DNA of 64,000 nucleotides from Acidobacteriota bacterium (GTDB lineage Bacteria > Acidobacteriota > UBA6911 > RPQK01 > JAJDTT01), in assembly GCA_965217775.1 (NCBI GenBank), contig CBDCJH010000002.1, forward strand, positions 3,712,001-3,776,000, written 5' to 3'. Shown piece after piece: positions 8,707-18,305 of the stretch (within the stretch, counting starts at the first letter, position 1; each line of letters opens with the position of its first letter). A model generated the notes under the pieces. The model saw nothing but the letters and a program-made list of their open reading frames with translations, was not told the origin of the DNA and ran no database searches. The translations under genes were made by a program, and so were the position numbers.

Positions 8707-10463
8707 TCTTGGCTTCCTCTTGCCTTCAGCTTTTCGCGCAGTCTTGCCGTCTCGCCCAGGTCGACCGTCCAGTTTTCCGTGTCTACGGACACCCCGTAGG
8801 CGTCACGGGCGCGGGCTGGAGAAATCTTTTCCTCCCGCACGTCGCGCAGCACGAGCTCCGGGTCCCGTTCCCAGGGGGGCCCGTATCCGCCGCCGCCGCA
8901 GGTCTCGATCCGGATGCGCTCACCCAGTCCCACCTCATCCGTTCCCTTGGAGGGCAGCTTTCGCGGGCTCCCGTCCAAAAACGACAGGTAACGCGCCGGC
9001 TTGCCCTCCCCGCCCTGAAACAGGCCCCAGGGAGGGAACTTGGCCCGGTCCGCCAGGGTCGTGAACACCGGTTCGTGTTCAGGAAAGACGTATTCCCGGC
9101 AGAGCCCGAGCCCACCCCGGTAGCGACCGGGCCCCTCCGAGTCCGGGATCAGGCTGTAACGGGTGATTCGGACCGGATAATTGAGCTCCGTCTCTTCGAT
9201 GGGCGCGTTCTGGGTGTTTTGGATGTGCGTCTGGACGGCGTCTGGTCCGTCGGAATTGAACCGGCCTCCGTAGCCGCCGGCCAGAGTTTCCAGATAGGTG
9301 TAGTAGTCGCCGGTTCGGGGATCCTCCCCGCCGAAGCCCACGTGGCAGATCATTCCCTTGGTTCCGGCGGGCACCCGGTCCGGAACCGCTTGGGACAGGG
9401 CTTTGAAGAGAACTTCACACAGGCGCATGGAGACCTCCCAGCCGCCCACGATGGCGCCCGGGTGGCGGGCGTTGAGGACCGACCCCTTCGGAGCGATCAC
9501 CTCGATCGGCTGGTAGAACCCCTCGTTGACCGGGATGTCCGGATCCACCAGGCACTTCAGAACATAGACGCAGGCGGTGAAGGTCTGGGTGAGGTTGCTG
9601 TTCATGGGGGCCGACCGCTGCTGGTCCGTCCCCCTGAAGTCGAATCTGATTTTTCGGCCCTCCAAAGTGACCTTGGCCTTCAGGTGCACGGGACGGTCCG
9701 TGATGCCGTCGTCATCGAGCCAGCCCTCCGCTTCGTAGGTCCCCTGAGGCAGTTTCTCCAGTTCCCCTTCGATTCGCCGCGCCGTGTACTCCAGCAGCCG
9801 GTCGACGTAGAAGTCGAGGGTCTCTTTTCCGTATCGATCCAGAAGCGCCGTCAGCCGCCGCATTCCCATGTTGTTGGCCGCGATCTGGGCCCGGAGGTCG
9901 CCGCCCACTTCCCGGTCGGCCCGCACGTTGGCCAAGATCATCTTCCAGAGGCCCGGATGGATCTCTCCGCGAGAGACCAGCTTCACCACGGGGAGAATGA
10001 TGCCCTCCTGGTAGATCTCCCGAAACGCTCCAATGCTGGCGGGAGCCCCGCCCCCCACGTCCACGTGGTGACAGCAGTTGCTCACGTAGCCCACCACCTT
10101 CCCCCGATAGAAAAAAGGAGCGATGAGAAAAATGTCGTTCAGGTGGCTACCCTGCCGGTGGGGGTCGTTGACCACCAGCATGTCCCCCGGCTCCAGATTC
10201 TCGCTGCCGTATTCCTGAACCGAGCGCGGGATCAGACGGCCGATGGTGACCAGATGCGCCGGCTGGCAGAAGGCCTGCGCCACCATCCTGCCCTGCGCAT
10301 CCACGAAGGCGCAGGAATAGTCGAGCCGAGTCTTGACGTTGGTGGAGAAGGCGGTTCGTTGAATGGAGACCGACATTTCCTCGGTCACCTCCACCAGCGC
10401 GTTTCGAATCACTTCGAAGAGAATCGGATCGACCTTGCGGTTTCCGGGTGCTACGGGTTCCAT
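8703..10463 (-). CDS. hyuB: Hydantoinase B/oxoprolinase family protein
   Basis: Motifs NDPH..HLND, HHVDVGG, EIYQEG, DLRAQ, GPGRYRGG, GGGGYG; overlaps the hyuA start by 4 bp. Confidence 0.93.
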   Translation of the reverse strand: MEPVAPGNRKVDPILFEVIRNALVEVTEEMSVSIQRTAFSTNVKTRLDYSCAFVDAQGRMVAQAFCQPAHLVTIGRLIPRSVQEYGSENLEPGDMLVVNDPHRQGSHLNDIFLIAPFFYRGKVVGYVSNCCHHVDVGGGAPASIGAFREIYQEGIILPVVKLVSRGEIHPGLWKMILANVRADREVGGDLRAQIAANNMGMRRLTALLDRYGKETLDFYVDRLLEYTARRIEGELEKLPQGTYEAEGWLDDDGITDRPVHLKAKVTLEGRKIRFDFRGTDQQRSAPMNSNLTQTFTACVYVLKCLVDPDIPVNEGFYQPIEVIAPKGSVLNARHPGAIVGGWEVSMRLCEVLFKALSQAVPDRVPAGTKGMICHVGFGGEDPRTGDYYTYLETLAGGYGGRFNSDGPDAVQTHIQNTQNAPIEETELNYPVRITRYSLIPDSEGPGRYRGGLGLCREYVFPEHEPVFTTLADRAKFPPWGLFQGGEGKPARYLSFLDGSPRKLPSKGTDEVGLGERIRIETCGGGGYGPPWERDPELVLRDVREEKISPARARDAYGVSVDTENWTVDLGETARLREKLKARGSQE

Positions 10464-10598
10464 GGATTGACCTTGTTCTCAGGATGTGGAAGTGGACTCA
10501 CCCGTCGCCGATCGATCTGCTGGGGCGGAAAAACCGCGCCCCGGCCGCAGGGGTCCGGCCCGGCGTTTCTGCGGCTGAAACACCCGTCGCGTTGAAGC

Positions 10599-12371
10599 TC
10601 ATTCTGGGCCCTTGGCGGGGATGACCGGAAGCAAAATATGGGACGGATAGCCTTCGTCGTGATAGACCGTCTGGGTGGCCACCACGATTTCCGGATCGAT
10701 TCCGAGGGCGCCGCCGTTGTTCAGATTGCGGTCGAAACGGGGGAAGTTGCTGCTGGAGACTTCGATCCGAATGCTGTGGCCCGGCAGGAAGGCGTGGCCC
10801 GTCACCCCCATCTTGACGTTGAATTCGTAGACCGTGCCCGGTGTCATCAGGACCGGCGTTTCGAATGATTCCCGGAAGCGAGCCCGCAGGATTCCCTCGC
10901 ACAGGTTGACGGACCGTCCATCGGGAAAGACGTCCAGCAACCGGACGGTCCAGTCGGTGTCCAACGCGGAGCTGCTGGCGTAGACCTTCGCGTTCACCGG
11001 TCCCGTGACTTCCAGCTCTTGCTCCATCTCACGGCTGGTATAGACCAACACGTCGTCTCTCCGCTCGATGGGACGGTGATCGGCGGGAGGATGAGACCCG
11101 TCCCGGATCCCGGTCACGAGAGGGACCGGGTCTTCGGGATCGTAGACGTAGGAATCTGCGGGCTGGTCCCCTTCCGGTTTCTCGACGCTGAGAGATCCGT
11201 CTCCGAAGAGCGTGTTGGCACGGCCTTCGCTGTGGAGATAGTAGGGCGTCCACCGGGTCTCGGGCAGCGGCCACTTCTCCGCCTCCTTCCACTGGTTCCT
11301 TCCCATGACGAAGAGCTTCAGCGGCGGCTCCTCCTCGATGCCGTTCTTGATCCCCTTCAGCCAGCGGTCCATCCACCCCAGCCAGAGTTCGTAGAGGTCG
11401 ACGACCGAGTCCTCGCCGAAGTCGATGATGCCGTACTTCTGCTGGGGCCGGTCGGTATGGACCCAGGGCCCCATGACGACCTTTTGAAGACGCTTCGCCC
11501 GTTCGGTTCCTTCGGTCTGAATGCCGTCGTAGTTGGCGAAGAGGGACACGCCATGGATGTCCCACCAGCCGGCGATTTGCAGAATGGGCAGGTCCATCTT
11601 CCCGAACTTGCCGTAGTTGCCGATCTTCTTCCAGTAGTCGTCCCAACTCGAATGGCGCACCCAGTCCCGGTAGAAGTCGATGGGCCGGCCGGTGGCCTCT
11701 TCGTCCGCGGTCAGGATCGGCAGGTGCCGGAAGAGCTTGTCCCAATCGTAGTGGCTGGTCGGCTGCCGGGTGACGGAACTGTTGGCCATGGCCCAGGGGA
11801 GGTTGATATGCAGTTGAAAGGCACCCCCCGTGTAGTTCATCCCGTAGAGGTAGTAGTCGGCCGGCGCCATCTGGGGGACGATGGTCTTGAGGTAGGGGGA
11901 TCCGGTGGGGGCCGCCATCCATTGGACCAGGCCCATGTAGGACATCCCGTTCATTCCCACGTTACCGTCGGACCAGGGCTGCGTGCCGCACCAGTCGAGA
12001 GTGTCCCTTCCGTCGTCGATCTCCGGGTACCAGGCGTACCATTTACCGTCGGAGTCGTTCCTCCCGCGGCAGTCCTGAATGACGTAGACGTAACCCCGCC
12101 GGGCGAAGTACATGGCCCTTTCCACGTACCAATTGCCGCCGTTGCCGTAGGGGGTCCGCTCCAGGATGACGGGCCACTTGCCCTCCTGGTCGGGCAGGTA
12201 GACGTCGGCGGACAACTCGACGCCGTCCCGCATGGGGACCCGGACGTCGATTCGTATCGCCACTTCGTGGTCGGGCTGGGAGAGGCGGTCCTTCCAACCA
12301 TGGTGCTCGGCGGGAAGTGCTGAAGTCCACGCAAGTGCGAGAAGTCCGGAGACGAAAAGGAACCTTGTCAT
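10599..12371 (-). CDS. CocE/NonD family serine hydrolase (secreted)
   Basis: Signal peptide; MRDGVEL, RTPY, QDCRGR, nucleophile GMSYMG, GWWD, GPWVH, SSSNFPRFDRN. Confidence 0.92.
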   Translation of the reverse strand: MTRFLFVSGLLALAWTSALPAEHHGWKDRLSQPDHEVAIRIDVRVPMRDGVELSADVYLPDQEGKWPVILERTPYGNGGNWYVERAMYFARRGYVYVIQDCRGRNDSDGKWYAWYPEIDDGRDTLDWCGTQPWSDGNVGMNGMSYMGLVQWMAAPTGSPYLKTIVPQMAPADYYLYGMNYTGGAFQLHINLPWAMANSSVTRQPTSHYDWDKLFRHLPILTADEEATGRPIDFYRDWVRHSSWDDYWKKIGNYGKFGKMDLPILQIAGWWDIHGVSLFANYDGIQTEGTERAKRLQKVVMGPWVHTDRPQQKYGIIDFGEDSVVDLYELWLGWMDRWLKGIKNGIEEEPPLKLFVMGRNQWKEAEKWPLPETRWTPYYLHSEGRANTLFGDGSLSVEKPEGDQPADSYVYDPEDPVPLVTGIRDGSHPPADHRPIERRDDVLVYTSREMEQELEVTGPVNAKVYASSSALDTDWTVRLLDVFPDGRSVNLCEGILRARFRESFETPVLMTPGTVYEFNVKMGVTGHAFLPGHSIRIEVSSSNFPRFDRNLNNGGALGIDPEIVVATQTVYHDEGYPSHILLPVIPAKGPE

Positions 12372-12502
12372 AGAATGTCTCGACCCGTTACGGAAAACCG
12401 GCTGGTAGCTCCATCGCTCTTCCCCTAAGAAATGGTCGTCAGGACCAGACGAAATGTAGGCCAGAGACTAACGCCTGCGGTGTGTTCGGTCAATGAGGGT
12501 AA

Positions 12503-12593
12503 GGAGCGGCGGCGGCGCGGCTTTCCAGTCGCCGAAACTCCCACCGCCGGATGGGCGGATGGAAGAGTGGGCGACTGGAAAGTCGCCCCTCCC
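12503..12593. repeat. Inverted REP pair
   Basis: ...GCGGCTTTCCAGTCGCCG and GGGCGACTGGAAAGTCGCCCCTCCC; same family as the REPs at 31547 and 43018. Confidence 0.65.
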
Positions 12594-12599
12594 GCGGGG

Positions 12600-15500
12600 T
12601 CAGTCTGTTGCCGAACCGGTCAGGAAGCTCAACAGGTGGGACATATCCGTCACGCTGATCTCCTGTTCCAGGCCTTCTGGCATGCCGGACACGCTGGAGA
12701 CGAACATGGCGCGGATGTTCTCCCGGGGAATTGCGGTTTCCGAGCCGTCTTCCCTGCGGAGCGTCACCGATACGGGAGTCTGCGAAGCGATGACCCCTTC
12801 CTGTAGAACTCCGTTGTTCAACTCCACCACGTACAGTTGATAGTTGTCCGCGATCGCCCGGCTCGGCAGCATGATGTCGGCCAGCAGCTCCTGCCGCGAC
12901 CGGTGCCGCACCGCCCCCAGATCGGGACCGAAGCCGGCGTCCGTGCCCTCGATCTCGTGACATTTTTCGCAGTTCTTCTCGAACACCGCGGCGCCCTGAA
13001 CCGGATCCCCCGCGACACCCAAAGCAGCCCGGTACCGCTCCAGGGCGGCGAGCCGGCGGTTGTCCAGCTTGCGCATCAGGTCATGCACCCGAGCCCGGAT
13101 CGACGCGTCCGCGTGCATTACCAGGCGCGACTTGTGCCTCTGGCTGATGGTCCAGAAGGGCACGTCTTCATTCTCGATCGCCGTCATCAGGAGCTCTACG
13201 GTCTCCGGCTTGGAAAGCAGCGTCGCGGCGGCTCCCAGGCGCACGCCGGTCGTCATTTCCCGCCATTGGGAAATCAGCAGTGTCCCTACCTCGTCGCTTT
13301 CCGTCTGCGCCATTGCCCGGACCGCGGCGACCTGGACTTCCTCCGGTTCCTGGGGATCGAGCAGTCCGGCCAACAGGTCGAACCTGGATTCTCCATCCAG
13401 GAGCGCCAGGAGACGCACCGAATCGGCCCTCAGTGCCGGGGCCAGCGCGCGGTCCTCGATCCTGGCCAGGACGCGATCCGGAAGGGACTTCGCCACCTGG
13501 TCCAGCGGCTTCGGCGCCAGATCCAACAGCCGTAGCGCCGCGCTGCGCAGCAGCGGTGAGGACGCCTCGGCCAACGCCAGCAGACGGCGGATCTCAAGGC
13601 CTCGAGTCCGGTCGTCTCCCGAGCCCTGCCGAATCCCCTGGGCCAGCCCCTCCAGGCCGGCCGCGCGCCACCAGTCGGAATCCGGCTTGCCCTGCCTGGC
13701 GACCCGTTCGAAGAGCCGCCGGACCGCCGAGGGATCGCCGGCCGCGCCGACGAGCGCACCGATCTGGCGAAAGAACTCGACCCTCTGTTTCGATGCCGAT
13801 TCGGAGAACTCGGACACGGCCAGATCGAGCAGCTCGAGCGGGCGGGGTGCGGATGCGCTCAGCGCCGCGAGCTGCACCCAGGGGTCCTCCATGTCCCGCA
13901 ACAACAACTGGCGGCGAGCCCGGCGCGCTGCCGGGGAATCCAGCCAACCCAGCGTGCAGAGCAACTGGAAGCGCACCGCCGGTTGGGCGTCCTCCGTCAT
14001 CGCCAGCAAGTCCTCCGCCAGACCGGGTTCCGGGTCCAATCTCGCCTCCGCCAGACGGATCCCGTTTTCCCGGATCCCGGGTTCCTGGTCCTTGAGAGCT
14101 TGCCGGATGTCGGAAGGCGCCAGACCGCCCAGACCATCGAGGGTCCACAGAGCATGCAGCCGGGTGTCGGGACTGGGACTCGAACCCAACATCTCTTTCA
14201 GCCGATCGGCAATGCCTCGACTCTGGCGGTCCACCAGCATTCGTTGCGCATGAGTTCTCCACCAGGCGTTGGGATGGTTCAGGGACTCCACCAGCACCAC
14301 GTCCGATGCCGGGCTCATCGCCAGGCTCGGATCCCAGGGAACGGGATTCTGCGACTCCGGAGTGATCCGGTAGATCCGGCCGTGCCGGCCGCCCTCGTAG
14401 AGAGCCTCCGGTCCCCGGCCCGGATCGTGAAACTCGTCCGACATCCATTCCGGATGCTCGATGATTCGACGGTAGTAGTCCACGACGTAAAGCGCTCCGT
14501 CCGGTCCCACGTAGACGAAGACGGGCCGGAACCAATGATCCGTGGAGGCCAGAAACTCCGTCTCCTCCTGGACCCGGCTGGCTTGCAGGGTGACCCCGCC
14601 CTCCTTGAGGAGGTCGCAGTGAACCAGGTTGTGGGCCGGGTCGGCCACGAAGGAGGCCTGTTCGTACGGGGAGGGAAAGAGGCCGCCGGAATAGACGGCG
14701 ATTCCGCAGGCCGAAGTGAAGTTTCCGATATCGGTCAGGATGCGATGTTTCGGGTTCAGCGTGACCGGATAGACGCGAGGCGGATGATCGGAGACGTCTT
14801 TGGAGGTGGAGGCGGCGCTCAGCGCAGGGTTCCGGATCAGATAGGGAGCTGCCACGACCTGTTGGCGGATGTGCCGGACGCTGTTCAGAGTCAACAGGCG
14901 TCCCCAGCGATCGAAACTCAAGCCGAAACCACTGCTTCCGGAAACAGTCTCCAGTTCGTGCGTGTCGGGCCGAAAACGGAGATTGCCGATTCGATTCTCC
15001 AGTCGAACGCCCTCTACCCGGCCGGCGAACCGGATCTTGGATCCCTCGTCGCCGAACTTTTCCTGGAAGATGACGGTCTTGATGGGGGGCTCGTGAGCCA
15101 GGTAGATCCAGTTGTCCAGCCCGTAGCGCGGGTTGCTGACCGTGTGCTGGGGGTTGCTCAGGGCGAAACCGGTCAGAACGGCGGACTTGATGTCGGCCCG
15201 GTTGTCGCCGTCGGTGTCCTCCAGATACCAGACGTCCGGGGCGTCGGTCACCAGCACCCCGTTTTTCCAACGCAGGACTCCCGTCGGCAGCACCAGCCCG
15301 TCGGCGAAGACGGTGCTGCGGTCCGGCAGTCCGTCGCCGTCGGTATCCTCCAGCAACTTCACGCGGCCGTTCCGTCCCGTATCCAGCGGGTAGCCGATCA
15401 TTTCGACCACGTAGATGCGGCCTTGCTCGTCGATCTCCATGGCGACCGGATCTTGAATCAGGGGTTCCGCGGCGAAGACCTCGATTCGAAAGCCCTCTTC

Positions 15501-15647
15501 CAGGACGAACGTCTCAAGCGCTTCTTGGGGGCCGAAAGGGGGTCCCGGCCGGGTGCATGCGGAGAGCAGCAGGGTCGTTCCCAGAAGGGCATAGAGTGCG
15601 CGCGGCCATGTCGGCGGAGCCGGTTTCGATACCGGTTGAATGAGCAT
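12600..15647 (-). CDS. PVC-type heme-binding (CxxCH) membrane-bound dehydrogenase-like lipoprotein with HEAT-like repeats
   Basis: Lipobox LLSAC; N-terminal propeller (FAAEP..DPVAM, EDTDGDG, GPDGALYVVD); C-terminal cytochrome c CEKCH...GPDL...SGMPEGLE. Start refined to 15647. Confidence 0.88.
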   Translation of the reverse strand: MLIQPVSKPAPPTWPRALYALLGTTLLLSACTRPGPPFGPQEALETFVLEEGFRIEVFAAEPLIQDPVAMEIDEQGRIYVVEMIGYPLDTGRNGRVKLLEDTDGDGLPDRSTVFADGLVLPTGVLRWKNGVLVTDAPDVWYLEDTDGDNRADIKSAVLTGFALSNPQHTVSNPRYGLDNWIYLAHEPPIKTVIFQEKFGDEGSKIRFAGRVEGVRLENRIGNLRFRPDTHELETVSGSSGFGLSFDRWGRLLTLNSVRHIRQQVVAAPYLIRNPALSAASTSKDVSDHPPRVYPVTLNPKHRILTDIGNFTSACGIAVYSGGLFPSPYEQASFVADPAHNLVHCDLLKEGGVTLQASRVQEETEFLASTDHWFRPVFVYVGPDGALYVVDYYRRIIEHPEWMSDEFHDPGRGPEALYEGGRHGRIYRITPESQNPVPWDPSLAMSPASDVVLVESLNHPNAWWRTHAQRMLVDRQSRGIADRLKEMLGSSPSPDTRLHALWTLDGLGGLAPSDIRQALKDQEPGIRENGIRLAEARLDPEPGLAEDLLAMTEDAQPAVRFQLLCTLGWLDSPAARRARRQLLLRDMEDPWVQLAALSASAPRPLELLDLAVSEFSESASKQRVEFFRQIGALVGAAGDPSAVRRLFERVARQGKPDSDWWRAAGLEGLAQGIRQGSGDDRTRGLEIRRLLALAEASSPLLRSAALRLLDLAPKPLDQVAKSLPDRVLARIEDRALAPALRADSVRLLALLDGESRFDLLAGLLDPQEPEEVQVAAVRAMAQTESDEVGTLLISQWREMTTGVRLGAAATLLSKPETVELLMTAIENEDVPFWTISQRHKSRLVMHADASIRARVHDLMRKLDNRRLAALERYRAALGVAGDPVQGAAVFEKNCEKCHEIEGTDAGFGPDLGAVRHRSRQELLADIMLPSRAIADNYQLYVVELNNGVLQEGVIASQTPVSVTLRREDGSETAIPRENIRAMFVSSVSGMPEGLEQEISVTDMSHLLSFLTGSATD

Positions 15648-15717
15648 GGACGGCACTCTTTCCCGAACTCGCAAAAGCTGATCGCCGACGCTACGAAGAG
15701 TCATTGTGCACGGGGAA

Positions 15718-16695
15718 TCACGGACTGAACGAGCCCGCCGCCTGAAGTTTCTTCCGCATCTTGCCGAGCATGTCGTCGACCATGGCGTCGATGTCGTATT
15801 CGGGGTTCCATCCCCATTCCCGCCGGGCGGCGCTGTCGTCGAGCGAGCGGGGCCAGGAGTCGGCGATCGCCTGGCGGAGCGGGTCGATCTCGTAGTCCAT
15901 CTCGAATTCGGGGATTCTCTTCCGAATGGCGCCGGCCAGTTCCGCGGGGGTGAAGCTCATGGCGGCGACGTTGAAGTCGGCATGGTGCCTGAGCCGGGCG
16001 AAATCGGCCTCCGCCAAGTCGATGATGGCCTTGACGGCATCCGGCATGTACATCATGGGGAGTCGGGTATCCGGCTTTAGGAAACAGGCGTACCGCTTCT
16101 CTCGAATGGCCCCGAAGAAGATCAGGACGGCGTAGTCCGTGGTGCCCGCGGTCGGTTCCTGATCCATGCAACTGACGATTCCAGGCAGCCGCAGCCCCCG
16201 AACGTCCAGGCCCACCTTCGTCGAGTAGTAGTTCCCCAGCAGCTCGCCGAACACCTTGGCGATTCCATAGAGGGTGTTCGGTTTTTGGATGGTGTCGTTG
16301 GGGGTGGGGTCGCGGGGCGTCTCCGGACCGAACGCCGCGATGGAACTGGGGGCGATGACCTTCTCCACTTGGCAGGAGTGGGCGGCCTCCAGGACGTTGT
16401 AGAGGCCGTTGATGTTGACCTCGTGCCCGCGCTGCCGCTCCTGCTCCGCCAGTGCGGAGAGGATGGTGCTCAGGTGATGGATGGTGCCGATCTCGTATTT
16501 CCGGATCGTGTCTACGATCTGCCCGTAGTCGGTCACGTCGACCACTGTGGAGGGGCCGCCGCTGATCGTGGAATCGGACAGGGGCGTCTTGTGGCCGGCC
16601 GCCACGACCGTCTCGCTCCCGTAACGCTTTCTCAACGCGGGGACCAGATCCTGGCCGATCTGACCGGCCGCGCCTGTGACCAGTATTCGCTTCAT
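15718..16695 (-). CDS. NAD-dependent epimerase/dehydratase, SDR-type L-threonine 3-dehydrogenase-like
   Basis: TGAAGQIG, PSSIAAFG, YGIAK (YxxxK), GTTDYAV, LPMMYMPDA, RQAIADSWP. Confidence 0.85.
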   Translation of the reverse strand: MKRILVTGAAGQIGQDLVPALRKRYGSETVVAAGHKTPLSDSTISGGPSTVVDVTDYGQIVDTIRKYEIGTIHHLSTILSALAEQERQRGHEVNINGLYNVLEAAHSCQVEKVIAPSSIAAFGPETPRDPTPNDTIQKPNTLYGIAKVFGELLGNYYSTKVGLDVRGLRLPGIVSCMDQEPTAGTTDYAVLIFFGAIREKRYACFLKPDTRLPMMYMPDAVKAIIDLAEADFARLRHHADFNVAAMSFTPAELAGAIRKRIPEFEMDYEIDPLRQAIADSWPRSLDDSAARREWGWNPEYDIDAMVDDMLGKMRKKLQAAGSFSP

Positions 16696-16785
16696 AGGCT
16701 CATCCCACAAGTGTCAGCAAATAGCATGTGGGACCTCACCTAATATTCATAGGTGGTGAGTCCTGTTCCGTTTGCATCCGTTTGA

Positions 16786-17058
16786 TCATCCAGAAGCGCA
16801 TTCAGCCGCCCGCTCGAAGCTGACAAGCCGCCGGATCAGCGCATTGTATTTTGAATGAGCCCCGTCAGGGTCGGAATCGGCAAGCCGCAGATACAGTTTG
16901 ATTTCCGGTGAACGGATGACCTGTCTGGGAACCGGAAGCCCAATTTGGCGCAATCGGGGTGCGCCTATCGAGACCAACAGAGCAGGCACCGTCGTCGCTC
17001 CGCGCTGGAGGTCCTCGATTCCCTCGCGGACGATCTCGACTCCTGGCAGTCTGTCCAT
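16786..17058 (-). CDS. Small conserved hypothetical protein
   Basis: Coherent ~90-aa ORF (LPG.EIV..GI.DL, ALLVSIGAPRLR, AHSKYNALIRRLVSFERA) resembling a family I recall lying upstream of DUF6036 nucleotidyltransferases; not verified by search. Confidence 0.65.
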   Translation of the reverse strand: MDRLPGVEIVREGIEDLQRGATTVPALLVSIGAPRLRQIGLPVPRQVIRSPEIKLYLRLADSDPDGAHSKYNALIRRLVSFERAAECASG

Positions 17059-17119
17059 GTCCACGACCTGAGTCTATCACCCGCCGGCAGGCTCGAATCG
17101 ACTCGTCGAGTCCGTTTTC

Positions 17120-18298
17120 TTACCGTTCCGCGGCCGCCGCACAGATCCGGCGCGCCGCTCCGGTCACCTCCTCATCGGTCCCGCCGAACAACAGCCGGAT
17201 GTGATCCTCGGAACCGAAAAGGTCGCCCGGTTCCGCCAGGACGCCCCAGTCGAAGAGGAGCTTTCGCGCGAACTCCGCTCCCGTCAGTCCCAGTCCGCTG
17301 GTGTTGACGAAGAGGAAGGGCGCGCCTCTGGGAACGACGTAGGAGAGGCCGGAAGCCGGCTCGAGTCCGGCCAGCATCAGATCACGGCTCCGCTGGTATC
17401 GGACGGAAATCTCATCGATCCACTCCTGCGGGCCCTCGATGGCGGCTTGGCCTGCCCGTTGGGCGACGTGCCCGCACTTGAGGACGCCCCATTCCAGGAT
17501 CTTCCGCATGTACCGGACCAGGCGCGGGGCCGCGGCGATGAATCCGAGTCTCCAGGGCTGCAGGGCGAAGGTCTTGGTGAAGCTGCAGATGGTGACGATA
17601 CGGTCCCTGTTGTCCGCGGCCGAGGCGAAGCGGACGTGCCGGGCGTCGTCGTAGAGCATGTTGTCGTAACACTCGTCCGATACGACGTAGAGATCATGCC
17701 GGGCCGCCACTTCCACGATCGCCCTCAGGTCCTCTTCGCTGGCCACGAACCCCGTCGGGTTGGCCGGCGAGCTCACGACGATCGCCTTGGTCCGGGGTGT
17801 GATCACGGCCTCCAGCGCTTCCGGAGTCCACTGCCAGTCGTCCTCCTCCCGGGTTCTGGCGTAAACGGGCACCGCTCCCGCCAGCTCGATCAGTCCGAAG
17901 AAGAAAAAACTGGGACTGAAGATGACCGCCTCGTCCCCGGGATCCAGCAGGGTGGTGAAGACGACGTCCAGCGCGTGCATCGCGCCCGCCGTCACCAGGA
18001 TCTCCGTTTCCGGATCGAAGGAGATTCCGTCCTGGTCTTCCAATCGTCCGGCAATCGCCCGGCGAAGTCCGGGGAATCCGCTGGACGGCGGCTGCTGGTT
18101 GCTTTGAGCCGCCCGCGTGGCCGCGTCGACGACATGCTCCGGTGGAGGCCAGAACGGAGCTCCCTTGAGAATGATGACGTCCTTGCCGTCCGCGATGAGC
18201 GCCCCGGCGATATCGGCCGCTTCGCTGGAGGGCACCCGTGGCAGTCTCGCCCGCCGGGCGACGTCCAAGGTCTTTCGCGCCGGTGCCGATTCTCCCAT
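17120..18298 (-). CDS. PLP-dependent aminotransferase class I/II
   Basis: Motifs SPANPTG, SDECY, SFTKTFALQPWRLG (PLP lysine). Confidence 0.92.
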   Translation of the reverse strand: MGESAPARKTLDVARRARLPRVPSSEAADIAGALIADGKDVIILKGAPFWPPPEHVVDAATRAAQSNQQPPSSGFPGLRRAIAGRLEDQDGISFDPETEILVTAGAMHALDVVFTTLLDPGDEAVIFSPSFFFFGLIELAGAVPVYARTREEDDWQWTPEALEAVITPRTKAIVVSSPANPTGFVASEEDLRAIVEVAARHDLYVVSDECYDNMLYDDARHVRFASAADNRDRIVTICSFTKTFALQPWRLGFIAAAPRLVRYMRKILEWGVLKCGHVAQRAGQAAIEGPQEWIDEISVRYQRSRDLMLAGLEPASGLSYVVPRGAPFLFVNTSGLGLTGAEFARKLLFDWGVLAEPGDLFGSEDHIRLLFGGTDEEVTGAARRICAAAAER

Positions 18299-18305
18299 CC
18301 CTGCC

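Noticed and set aside
8709-10595. Long antisense ORFs (also 13983-15728, 27730-29397, 35863-37620, 47787-49472, 53298-55445)
   Set aside because: These are shadow frames of well-supported genes in high-GC DNA, with no recognisable motifs.
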